From Callorhinchus milii (taxonomy: Eukaryota), in contig NW_024704749.1 of the NCBI RefSeq assembly GCF_018977255.1, forward strand, positions 14,260,001 to 14,324,000: DNA of 64,000 nucleotides, read 5' to 3'. A program made the position numbers and the translations under genes. The notes under the pieces were generated by a model that had not been told where the DNA came from, ran no database searches, and saw only the letters and a program-made list of their open reading frames with translations. Position 1 is the first letter of the stretch. Each line of letters starts with the position of its first letter. Positions 38,151-50,234 of this stretch are shown here, piece by piece.

Positions 38151-40099
38151 GGAGAGACGTGGAGAAGGGAGTCTTTTGCTTGTCGGGAGCGACGCCAATC
38201 CATTCCACCTTCTGTCATCGGACTTAAAGGGAAAGAAAGTCTATCAGCATCAGTTGAGCCTCACAGTGTCGCACGGAAGTTTTCCATCCGTCGAACGCTC
38301 CCCCTCGCTCGCCCTTCGAGCAGCTCTTCATCACTTAGTGCTTCAGATCACAGAGGCGGAGGCAGCCTAGCAACAGGCCATAACAACCGTGTTCACCTGT
38401 CCACTTCACTGGGTCGTGACAAGGTACCACAGCAGCTCAGCACAAAAGCCCCCTCAGGCTAAGCATTCTCAACGGTGTGGAAAAGGCACTGCAGAGTGCT
38501 CTCAGACACACATCCTGTTATTGCACCACTTGTACAAGAAAAACGTACCATTCCGAGCAGAAAGTTAATGAGAAACAAGATCTCCTCCTTCTCGGGGCGC
38601 TCTTTCCTCAATCATTAACACAACGGATCACAATACGCCCCGAAGGACACAGAGAGCGAGAGAGAGAGAGAGAGTGAGTGAGTTTGTGCCCGACTAAGCA
38701 CATGTCAACCTTTCACCTTGTCCCATCAGTGAAGGGGACCTGCTTTCTTTCGTGCCTTTAATTCCAATAGCCGGGCGATGCTCTGGGTCGCTACCCTGGG
38801 TGGCCGCTAAGTACATAAATGCAAGTTGTTGTTGTTGAGTGAGTTTCGTTCAGAACCGAATAGGTCAAAGCCCAGATTTAGTCTTGTTTTGTTTCTGGAG
38901 CCCCCGATTTCATCCGAGTGGGTAGCCTGCGATAGCCATTTGTCTTCCCCCCCCTTGAAGGGCTCTCAGCTTAACTCAACAACAAAAGGCCGAGAGAGTT
39001 AAGAACCATATCCGAGGATCCAGCAGGCAAAAGCCACACTCGGCCGGCCAGCATCATGGTAGCCACAGGAGACTTGAGGACCACCAGTCAAAGACTATAT
39101 GACAAAGTGCGGGGGTGAGGGGGGAGTGGGGGGGAGGTGAGAGCGAGTCTCTCTGAGGCGAGACAGTGACTGGGTTAGACATGTTCTGTGAAGTGCTATT
39201 GACCACTGGTGATAATAATCACACGTTGCAATTTTTTCACCATTTCACCAAGACGAATGACATTTTTTTCCCCCCTTCACTCCTGCCTCACAGATCAGGG
39301 AGGGTTTTTAAGACCTATCTGTGTTTTGACTCCCCCAGCCCCCCCCCCCCCCACTCCGTCCCTTATTTGAAAAGTTACAATCGAATACAAAAACAACTTT
39401 TATTATTTCATACCGTCTGGCGACCAACACCTTGGGACGTCCTCCCGACGTGAAAGGCTGTGATTATTGTATTTTTATTTTATTTTATATCGTGTTGCCT
39501 CACTCGCGTCCCAAGTTCCCACGCAGTGAAGTCGTTCTCTTTGGCGGTTCACCAGTCAAGTGAAGTTAGGGTGAAATATAATTAGTTCTAATATAAAAGT
39601 GATGTTCTCTCCAGGCTGTGTTTTTTTTTCTCTGCTTTTGATAATAGAGTTGGGAATTGAGAGAGGGAGGGGGAGGTGGGGGGGGGGAAGAAAGGGGGTA
39701 AAGTGTCTTCAGGAGAAGTATTTAAAATACGACGTCGTGCTCGCCAGCGCAGTGGAGATCACATACCCCAGGGTGCAGGAGCTTTGAAAGGTCAGACTGT
39801 TAATCTCCGCATACCAGGTTTGTGCGGTACTTAAGGTGATGATTTAGCTACTTTTCTTAAAGTTTAAAGATTCACATGATCCCTGAAATGGCCGGGGTCA
39901 AGCTTTTACGTGAACTGAGTCTGTGTTGTGAGATGTGCGTTAGCCCCCCCCATAACTTTGTTGTGTGTGTGAGTGTGCGTGGGGGAGGTGGGTGGGGGGT
40001 TTGGGTCGAACCCAGCATTCACTTGTCACCGCGCTTCAACTTGTTCTGCTTTATGTTTGGATGCAGTCAGTAACGTGAATGTAACTAACACGTTGAGTG

Positions 40100-40207
40100 T
40101 TAATAGTGATCCTTGCATTTGATACAGCGCCTTATCACATCTTCGAGACGTCTCAAACCCTTCACGTAATGTATTGTCAAGTGAATTGACTGTGCGTTTG
40201 TGGGACG
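40100..40207 (-). mobile_element. SINE 3' fragment
   Basis: ATCCTTGCATTTGATACAGCGCCTTATCACATCTTCGAGACGTCTCAAA. Confidence 0.85.
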
Positions 40208-42984
40208 TTATCTTTTAAGATTTTCCTGCCTTGCTCTGTCACGTGGAAACCCACCGCTGTGCTTGCGAGTATCCAGATCAGACCGAGAATTCAGGGCCCG
40301 AGAGAATTAGCTTTTGAAAGGGAACCCTTGATAGACAGAGACCGGGAGCGAGCGGGGAATAGACGGACACACAAAATGACAATTCAGTCCAAAAAAAAAA
40401 GAGAGAATCCCTTTGATCTCTGCTGTTTGGTCATTCTCTGCCATTGAAGTTCAAAAAATCTTTTAAGAAACGCAGCCTGCCAAAAAAAAGACACCAAATG
40501 AACTTTGGCACTTTGTTGGAACTATAGAGAACGTTCAATTGACAATCGGCCTGGAAAGATGGATTAGGTGAATGAATGCCGCAGCGAGTCTGCAGCGAGA
40601 TACAAAGATAGACGCTGAACAGAAGTCACAAGAATTTATTTTCAGTCAGATAATCAGATCTTAGTCTTCCAAACGCAAGGTCCAAGGTTATCAACTCAGG
40701 CATGAGATCAGGGAAAATGGCTCAGCTCCTTGCTTGACATCGACCCACCCCAACCCAACCTGAAGACATTCATCAGTGCGTTGCCATGGCATCATCGGGT
40801 TTTGGCATGTGCTGAGGGATACTTTGGAATGGCTGCAAAAGGCAAGGCAGCCCCTTGGCCTGTCGAATCGTCAGCAAAGCCACTCTGGCTGCCTCGGATG
40901 CAGGCTCGCCCTTCCCTGCCGGTCCCGGTTGCACCAGCTCAACACCCTGATTTGTTGAAATCTGCAGACGGCGATGGAGGTTCTTTGGCAGTTCACTATC
41001 CAGAGAGGATAATAACTTCCCACATTCATTAGCTTCAGCCATTAGATGTTTAAACTCCCGGCCACATGACTGAGTGGCCAGGCTTCCAGTCGCTTTATGT
41101 CACTTGGGTGAATCTCGTCAGCTCCGAACCGCGAACTGCACGAGCCGTATAGAGAAGAGAACTGTGAGGTCCTGTCTGCCGGGCAGCTTTGACTGTGCGA
41201 TTGGTTTAATCCTGGTTAAAACTTCACGCATGGAAAACACAGCCCTAAACGGTTCCATGTAGTTTTCCTTTGGCGATAACTGGATAACGTGAAGTTGGAT
41301 GATGGTGATTTGACTAACCGTGGGGACAGCCAGAATCCCAGAATATTGCTGAATTCTCGGTCCCGTCTGTACCTGTTCAGGTGGATGTTAAAGATCCCGT
41401 GGCGCTATCCCAAAAGAGTTTTTGCCGGTGTCCTGGCCGATCTTTCTGGAACTTCCATGTGTAGGTGGGATGTGTGGAATTCTCAGTTTGATTTGGGTTG
41501 ATCAAAAAGAAAATCCCCCCCCCTCCCCAGATTCAATTGGTCACTCACTTCATGACTGTTGCGTGGGATGTTGCTGGCAGCACCTCATCTGCATATGTGT
41601 TGCTTGCGTGTGCGGAAAGGAAGAGGAAGAGAAGGAAGAGATGCTTTGTCTTGGTGTGAGCATTGAGAATTGTGCCCAGTGGGTGAATGCGTGTGTTGTG
41701 TCGGGGCAGGGGAACTATATGGCATAGTCACAAGAGGCTTAGGCACGGGCAGAGTCCAGGGGGATGGTGGGTGCTATCAGGCACCTGGTCCCATCAAACA
41801 AGCCAATATCACACTGTGCGTCAATATCTCATCCCCCCCACCCCCAATCGGACACACACACGCTCAGCTCCTACCCCGACATTCTTCTGAGAGGGGCACT
41901 GAGCAAAATCGGTGACTTTGTGTGAGGTAGGGTATGTTCACCTTTGTTCATGGTGTCACGAATGATGGATTCCTCACAGGCTCCCCATCCATCACGCGTG
42001 CTATCTTGTACAAAAGTGCTTCACTGCAGGTGTGACACGTGTTCAGCTTTGGCTGAATAGCCGAGTCCCCTCGTCCTATTGATAGACGTTCGCTCTCCTT
42101 CACATTCACACTCTTGGAAGCATTCAGTTCCCGGGAGTTTATGTTTGTGCCTGTGTTTGTGTGTTGAGAGGGTTAGGCTAGGAAAGCAGAGTAAAGTCAG
42201 TCACCATTTCCACTGCAGATCACCATCTATTCTTAAATCTTAAATTGTATAGCAAAACTGACTTTGAGCCGGTCTAGGTTGAATTTGGCTCGCTGTGAGG
42301 AAGGATGGCTTATAGTACAGGGGTGATGTTATTGGGATGCATTTGTGATGTTCGTGTTGATCAGTCGCTGCACTGCAAGCTTTAGGAGCCCCATGCAGAG
42401 TTGGATTCAGTAACAATCTTACCCCAAATACAAGTCAGTCCTCCTGTGTGGTGTGAAGATAAGATAGTGTTGTCTTTGAATGCCAATGGGTTTTCACTCC
42501 TAAAGACCAATTCAGACCCACCGCTGTTCACATTCCCCACAACCACATTCCTTTTCCTTTTTTTTGTGTGTGTGTGTGTGTGTGTTTTGACGTTTTGATT
42601 GATGTCGAGGAGTTTCCCAGTGCAGCCCGCTCCCCCTTTCAGCTCGAGATTTCCAAAGGGATAGGGCTTTGATCAGCTCTCTCAGAGATGGGTCTTGTGT
42701 TTACATTGAAACGGATTCAAAGCTGCTGTAAGTGATTTGATAAATGATTCTGGGGGCAGCCTTGATGGATTGAGAATTAATTTCTTCTCTAAACACGGAG
42801 CTGAGCTGATCTAGGATATAAAAGGTCGTACTGGTGTTCAAATTTCCTATTTAGTTTAATTTCAAAGAGTTGGTGGAATTTATTTTCTCTTATTTTATTA
42901 TAGGCGGTGGGGGTGGGGGCTGATGTTTTATGGTAAAATCATATGCTGCATTCTTCGTCTTCCCCACCCGCACTCCCCTCCACA

Positions 42985-43320
42985 CGCTGTTATCCGTATC
43001 TTTGGATGAGACGTTTAAACCGAGGTCCCGTCTGCCTGTTTAGGTGGACATTAAATATCCCGGAGCACGATTCGAAAAGAGACGAGAGTTAGTCTCTCTC
43101 TCTCTCCCAGTGTCTTGGCCAACAGTTCCCCAGCTAAAAATCAGTCATTCACTTCATGGCTGTTTGTAGGACATTGTGATGCATAGATTGACCAACAAGT
43201 TCACCTCCGAAAAATACACAGTCACTGCGCTCTGCAGTGAATCCTGTGAAGCACTTTGAGACGTCCTCACAATGTGAAAGGCGCTGCTGTATCAAATGCA
43301 AGGATTTATTATTATTAATA
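42985..43320 (+). mobile_element. Deu-SINE core and tail
   Basis: GGATGAGACGTTTAAACCGAGGTCCCGTCTGCCTGTTTAGGTGGAC...TGTGAAAGGCGCTG...TATCAAATGCAAGG. Related pieces at ~41355-41575, 44230-44410 and 45975-46090. Confidence 0.83.
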
Positions 43321-43554
43321 TTAATATCAATAGTATTATCAATACTTATTATTATTAATTATCAATAACAGGCCAACTGAGTCCCTATCAATTTGCTGCA
43401 TGTGCAGTGGACTTAGAAAATTGCAAGGCAATGGTTCCCCAATGCCCAATGGTCTTTGCCAGCGCTGTGTTGGTGGCACTCAGTTTGTTGCACCGTAGAT
43501 CGATCCAACTCCCCCTTGTTTTGCCTCCCAACACATTCCACGTTGGCTTACTTA

Positions 43555-43672
43555 CTGGAATAGAGGAGGTACAGGAAAGCGGATTAGGGGAGTGGAGGCT
43601 GGCGTGGAGTGTTAAACACCGGCACGGACCAGTTGAACCAAAGGGCCTGTTTCCGTGCTATAATCTTCTATG
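43555..43672 (+). mobile_element. CR1 extreme 3' tail
   Basis: GCGTGGAGTGTTAAACACCGGCACGGACCAGTTGAACCAAAGGGCCTGTTTCCGTGCTATAATCTTCTATG is a typical shark CR1-type 3' end. Confidence 0.68.
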
Positions 43673-46489
43673 TCACACTGTGTGATTTTATGAATAGGAC
43701 TGGCATTATTATTTGAGCTACTGCTCGCGTGTTCTCTCCCTGCTGTGTCTCTGTGTCTAACCCAAAGCTCCGAGCACCCCTGCCGATCCAAGCTACTCAT
43801 CTGGGTTTCTTTCAGCCAAAGTTCAACCGTGTTTGCTTGATGATCCTATCCTCCCCGCTGCAACTTCGGAATATTTGATCCTAATTCCACTGATCTGCGG
43901 GTCATGGACAAGCGAGCATAAATTTGAGAGAAATATTGCCGGAAGGAAAATGAGGCGAGAGGTTAAGAGGAATCCTTTACACACAGAGGCTGGAAAGAAT
44001 GCATGACAAATGGACGTTGAGAAGTCTCACATCGCTTCACAGGATTGTACTGCGCTCGTGCCGAGCTCAGGAGCTCTGATTCCAAATGTCGATCCTGATA
44101 CTCCGTTGTCGAATCTGCCGCCACCCCCCCCCCCCAACCCCCCACGCCCACTACCCAAGCACTCACCAGCCCAAGGTGCGCATTTGGTGGGAGAATATCT
44201 CTTCGTTACATCGGTCTTTTTAAAAGGGTTTTAAACGTCCAATTGCTCATTTGTTTCATGGCTGTTTGTGGGACGTTGCTGTGCACAAATTGGTTGTGGG
44301 GTTTGCTCGCAAAACTCATTTCCCCGCCACTCTCCACAGTAAAGTCCTGTCGTGAAGCCCTTTGAGACGTTGCCACGATGGGATAAGGTGCTGTGTTCAA
44401 CACGGTATTTATTCGTAGGACTGATCAGTCTATAGGACAGACCAACGCTGCTCCTCTCTTACCCTACCAAACGGAAGGGGCTCGATTCTCTGTGGTTAAT
44501 TTGCTCCCTCCTCACTTTGTGTGTGGACCTCTCCCTCTCCCCCTCTCGCTTTCCCTTAAATCTTTTGTCTCCGTCTCTCTAGCTCGGTTAGCAACTGTTT
44601 TGCCACGCTCAGTTCCCATCATTACATTTCAATCTTTCTGTCCTCTCGCTGTCATCTGGACACCTATTAAAATTAGCCATCTAGTAAAGGGGTCACTAAC
44701 AGTTGTAAACAGTGTGTTAATTTGATCACTGCTGCCCTGTCCTCAAAATAGCTCCTGAAATACACTGCGACTGTAGGCACAAGTGAACCCACGTGAAGTT
44801 GATCTTTTTTATTATCGATGTACATCATCCGAGCTTTTCCTTTATTTAACGCACTTTGTTATTCAATAGTCAAGTGTCCAGTGATTCAAACACACACTGG
44901 GGCGCGCGCACACACACACACAGGGAGACAGACTGGGAGCAGTAGCAAAAACTGCAAGATATTTCAAGCCTCGCTGAATAGTGCTGGGTTTATTATACTC
45001 TTGCCAGAACTCGGCAATGCAGACTGCTGCTGCAAAAGGGTTTCTCCCTCCTCCCACCTCACCCCCCCTCCCCTCCTTCCATCCTCCACTCCCCCTCCCC
45101 ACCCCATAATTATAAAAGACCACAAGCACTTACGGTGTATTTACAGATTGGATATAATGCTGCAGAATTGCTAAAGCGGCAGCTAAGATTCATTTAATTT
45201 CTTACGTAGCAGTGCCCTCGACATGTCATATTAAAAACACACACGCGCGCAGAAATCAAAAAATGCTGAGCGATTGACTGACCTACAAACTGGTCATTGC
45301 ACCCACAACCGGCGCAGGTAGTAAGGAAAGGCAGACTCAAGACACCCGTTTTTATCTTACTTAATTCCCTTTCCCGCCCAGGCTTTCCATTGCCTGGAAC
45401 CTCTCAGTTTGTTTTCTCGTTTTAATGCTAGCCAGAAGTAGAGCTGAACAGTCTGAGGCTGGGTCTCCTGTGATTTGGGGCCATAGTGAGAGGGTACTGG
45501 GGCCTAACAGACATCAGAGTCTTTTGAACTCCTTAGACTGAAGTAGAGCTTATGAGCTCAGAGTATTGGATTCCTCATTGAAGGAAAGCAAGGGGCCACT
45601 GTTAAAACTATGCCAAACTGTGCAACCTCACAAACTTGTGTGTGTGTGTGTGTGTGCGTGCGTGCGTGTGGATGGGGGGGGGTCAGACCTTGCAAACCAA
45701 AACTTTCAACACAGCAACAGGAAGTCAATTAGGTTAAAATAATTCAGATTAAACTTCTTTTTTTTTTTTTCCTTCCTCTCGCCCCCTCCACGCGCACGCG
45801 CGCGCACACCGGGCGAGATAATTTTTTCTTGAAAAAAATAAAACGCTTTAAATCCTCTTTCGAATAAAGTTTTTTTTTTTTTTTTGGATCACCAGTCCGG
45901 CCAAAGAATTTTAAGTCTGTTTTTTTTTAATATATAATCATCAATTATATATAGAAAAAAAGTTCCGCTCGTGAAATACGCTGTCAATTATTCACTGCAG
46001 GATATTCTGTGACACGCTTTGAGTCGTCTCAACGACGTGATAAGGAGCTATATCAAATGCAAGGATTATTATTAATATTATTATTATCATCATCACCGAC
46101 AGAAAAGATGGGTAGCTTTTGAAACCTTCTCCTCCCCTCCCTTCCTCCCTGATTCCTGACCCAATGTCTCACCCCAGAGTTTGAGCAGAACACATCAGCT
46201 ACCAGAAGGGGCCAACGCAGTTTTTTTTTAAAAAAACAAGAGAGACTGCCTATTTGTGAAAGCATCCAACACTGGATTCAAGAGAGAAGATTTCTCTTGC
46301 AAGTGCTGACCTTAAGCTTCAATAAATCTGATTTAAACCTTCAAATCACAAACGTCAGCTGTTACCCATAGCTTTGATGCGCTGCAATAAATTTTTAGTA
46401 GTGATGTCAAAGCTATTCTCCAGACAAGTATGAAACCAGAAGGAGAGGGAGGGGATGGAAACGGTGATGTATTAACTCCGGTCCAAGCC

Positions 46490-46700
46490 TAGAGGACGCG
46501 AATATAGCCTAGGCAATAGGAGATGTGAGAGGGAGTCCAGGAGGAACTTCTTCATGCAGAGGATGGTGAGGATGTGTGGTGGGAACTCATTGCCGGAACC
46601 TGTGGTTGAAGCAACAAAGGATCAATGCATTTAGAAGAAACTGTGATGCATTCGTGAGAGAGAAGGGAATTGAGGGAGGGGGATAGGAGAGGGGATGAGG
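46490..46700 (+). mobile_element. CR1 3' fragment
   Basis: CAGGAGGAACTTCTTCATGCAGAGGATGGTGAGG...GGAACTCATTGCC...GTGGTTGAAGCA resembles the CR1 ORF2 end motif RxFFxQRVVxxWNxLP. Confidence 0.72.
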
Positions 46701-48539
46701 AGGGTTGGGGGCTCGGGTGGAGTACAAATATATTGCGGGCGAAACGCTGCAGCCAATTTTTTGAAGAGATTATTGCAGTATTGCAAAGGATCCTGGAATC
46801 AGGCATGAGAGATAAAACAAGTCTGTTCTGATCTTGCATTCCGTTTAAGTGGCGCTAACAGGCAGCGGGTTTAACGAACCTGCGAGACAGCAATTGCCTT
46901 GCAGCGCGGGCAGTGTCAGCGTCCAAACATTGTTTTTTCTCTCTCTGGTTCCCCGGGATAGTTTATTGTGTGCAAACCTTGAGCAAATACGGCAAAATGT
47001 CCTTTGAGGTCTTGGGGTGGGGGGTGGGAGGAGGAAAAATAACTGAGTCCAGCTGGGAAGAGCCCAGTCACAGCCCCGCATAACACAGAATGAAGCCATT
47101 ACATTGGTGTGGCTTCTGTGTTGGAAACATAGTAAAGAACAAATGTCAGTCGGTTAGGTTCCTTGCGCCGCCTCTGACAAACCACGATTACACAGCAACT
47201 TCCCTTCCCCGAGTTACGATTCCCAAAGAGCGGCCGGTGCTAATATTTATTTGCAAAACATAGTCTGAAGGTGCAAATTAAACCTTTCGTGACCCGGTCG
47301 GGCTCTTTTCAAGTAGCTGTAAACTTTATTTGCTGTCGTTAAGCTCGTCTGTGCAGGAAGGAAATACACTGTAGACAGATGTCATCGATTGTGGCATGTA
47401 GGGAGAAGAATAGGAGCGGGGCGGTCAAGGCAGTTAGAGGGTTTTCCTTTCACCTCCCCAGACCTTGATGGGACTTTACTTTGTCTTTATTCCACACCTT
47501 TGCACTGATGTTGATCTGAGACTTTCGACACACAGGTGGCAAACAGGCAGTATAAAAGCTGTGCGGGGTTTTGTCAGGCAAAGTGGGGTGTCCACACCAA
47601 CACTCAGTCTCACCTCGATTCACTTTTCACCCTTCTCCTAAGCGTGTTTCTCACCCGTGTCCCGGCCACTTGGTCTGTGGGACAACCTCCCGATGTGAAG
47701 AGAGTGACGTAAGTGTAAGTCGGACTGTTTTGTTTTGCACCGTAACAAGTCTCCCCCCACCCCCACCGATAAAATCGGTCATTCATTTCATGGCTGTAAG
47801 GAAGGACATTGCCATCAGCAAATTGGCTGCTGCATTCGCTTATATATAATCTATATATTTTTTTGTCCACGACTGTATTTGACGGCTTGAGGTGTTGGCG
47901 AGCCTGGGAACACCACAGACAGGGGCAGCGAGGGAGTGGAAGCTTTGAGTTAGTCAGTGGTGAATTGGGGCTTGTGTAGAGACCGGGGAATATTCAAAGA
48001 GTAACTAGGAACCAGCGTGTTAAAGCAGGAGTCGGTAAACAGTCAATAACAGCTGCTATTTACAGGAGCAGCAGGCTATTTAACAATGAGAAGCACCACA
48101 GCCAAATCCAAACCTGTCCTTACTTGACCCACCTGCTCTCCCTCACTCACACATCCACTCTCCAGCGGGATTAATATCTGGGCTAATAACAGAGGTGAAC
48201 TCAGCCATAACTCGCTGTTGCTGGCTCCAAATCTTCTCCGTGTCAATACTTTGGTTGATAAAAGAGGAGAAATCGATAGATTGAGATGGAAATTAAAAAC
48301 GTGCTAGCCTTCCGCAGTGTGTTGTAACTTTCGTTGGCTTATACGCTTGCAAAATAAGAGATGAAGCTTCACATTATGTACGTGCTGAAATGGTCATTGG
48401 TGGCACAATAATTTCCTTCAATGTTCATCCCAACGCAGCAAAGGGAAGATCTCTTCCTGATGTGAAAGGTGCTGTATAAATAGGTCGTACGCTTATAAAG
48501 TATACGACCAGACCATTGTGCTGATATTTTTGGGGTATG

Positions 48540-48985
48540 AAATTAATAATAATAATAATCATCATCCCTACATTTGATACAACGCCTTTCAGGTCAGGAG
48601 GATGTCTGAAAGCTCTTCACAGGAACTACTTCTACAGTGCAGTGACTGTGTATTTTGTAGGTGAAGGTGGCAGTCAGTTTGCGCACAGCTATGTCCCACA
48701 AACAGCCAGGAAGGAAGTGCGTAACCTGTTTCATTTGGGTGATTGTTGGCCAGGACACCGGGAGAAACTGCCCTTTTCTTTTCAAATAGTGCGGCAGGAT
48801 CTTGGGTTAATGTCCCATCTAATGTCCCATCGAGCAATGCAGCACTCCCCCCTCTCCCCCCTTCCCCCCCACCACCATTCACTGTAGGGTCAACATGGAT
48901 TGTGGGTTCAAAGCGCCAAAATCCATGGGCTCAAACCCATAATCTCCCGACTGAGAAGCGAGAGCTCGAGCGACTGAGCCAGGAC
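48540..48985 (-). mobile_element. Deu-SINE, near full length, diverged
   Basis: Tail (ATA)n...CATTTGATACAACGCCTTTCA, body GTCCCACAAACAGCC...GTTGGCCAGGACACCGGGAGAAACT, head GGGCTCAAACCCATAATCTCCCGACTGAGAAGCGAG. Confidence 0.8.
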
Positions 48986-49904
48986 ACCAAAACACCGAGG
49001 GATAAAGTAACCTGTGCCATGAACCTTGTTTGCCTACAATCTGGTGAAAATTGACGCTGCCAGAAGTAAACCGCAGGGTCAATCAATGGTTGGGAAAGGA
49101 AAGCCAGGAAAACTTAACAGCAGGGTCATACGCAAACCTTTCAGTTGTGAAAGAGAGAGACACGCCAGACATTTGCAGCATACTCTTGTTTTTATATCAG
49201 ATTGCCAGCATTCGGCGTTTTCCTTTGTATCTCCTTCCAAGCAATCGTCTTGGCACGCAACGTACAGTTATTGCAATTACACTGCGCTGCTTTGCTGTAG
49301 AAAATGTTGCAATCACAGAGGCTCGGTCTTACTGTATTTATTTTGTTTTTCAAGCCATCGTCTACTTCCCAACAGAGTGAACGTAACACGATCTGTCTCG
49401 CATGTAGTACACGCGATGGCAGGACAAGAGGTGTTCTGGGTTGCACAGGGCTATTTCAGGATAGGCACTGGTTGAGTTGTTGGGGGGGGGGGGGGGGTTG
49501 TGGGAGGAAGGAGAGGGAGTTTAAATCACCCAGAGGGTAATTAATGATTGGTATAGGGTCCAGGCACGAACACTGGACTCGCTTTTTTAAAAAAATGCAG
49601 GTCCCAGCAACAACTATCTTACATTATTGGGGGAGATCGAGTTGGCTGAGGTTTACTCTGTGTTGCATTTCAGAGCAGCCAGAATCGTCGAAATCAGCCG
49701 TGGTGGAAGCGAACGAGGCGGACCTTGGGAATTCTTTGGCTGAGCAAAAATTCCTGTTAGGTTCTCTCCCCCCGTATTCGCGAGTCCACACAGTGCTGTC
49801 TGTATCTCCAGGACGTGGAGCTGAGTAAATGGCTCGGAGGGGGTCAGGCGACGCTGACGGGCTCGCTTTCCGCGCTTTGCGTCACGTTGGAGAAACCTTT
49901 AAAC

Positions 49905-50083
49905 CGTTGGGTTTTAACCCACCTGTTGGTGGGACGCCGCGATGCGCAATTGGCTTCCGCGTTTCGCCCACAAGCTATCCAGTCGGTTCGCTTGGCTGTA
50001 TAATCCGTGAAGGGCCTTGAAACGTCTCGAGGACGTGATGAGGCTCTACATCAAATGCGATGGTTATTACTGTTATTATTATT
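49905..50083 (+). mobile_element. SINE 3' half immediately upstream of the last PAPPA exon
   Basis: GTGGGACGCCGCGATGCGCAATTGGCTTCCGCGTTTCGCCCACAA...CATCAAATGCGATGGTTATTACTGTTATTATTATT. Confidence 0.82.
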
Positions 50084-50120
50084 GTGGTTATCATTCAGCG
50101 GATCTCCCTTTGCCTTCCAG

Positions 50121-50234
50121 GTGGTGCCGTTCCCCATGTCCTGCGAGCTGAATGGTGACTGCGCTTGCCGAGACCCAGTGGCCCAAGAGAACGTCAAGGG
50201 GAAACGACAGCGTTTCCGTTACAGTCACCATTAG
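50121..50234 (+). CDS. PAPPA: PAPPA terminal coding exon with stop codon
   Basis: CCTTCCAG acceptor; VVPFPMSCELNGDCACRDPVAQENVKGKRQRFRYSHH*. Closer to human PAPP-A VTPFPMSCDLQGDCACRDPQAQEHSRKDLRGYSHG than to PAPP-A2 (recalled). Confidence 0.96.
   Translation: MVPFPMSCELNGDCACRDPVAQENVKGKRQRFRYSHH

Noticed and set aside
46199-46216. CTCF-like motif CTACCAGAAGGGGCC (also ~895 and ~37347)
   Set aside because: There are several mismatches to the core, so it cannot be supported without PWM scoring or ChIP data.
48808-48831. Tandem duplication TAATGTCCCATC x2
   Set aside because: A local slippage event inside a decayed SINE, with no sign of function.
1-50234. PAPPA2/ASTN1 paralogous locus
   Set aside because: The C-terminus (MSCELNGDCACRDP...YSHH), the CCP3 basic patch and the neighbouring exon (GMVWYS...RNIYGDTK) match PAPPA and ASTN2.
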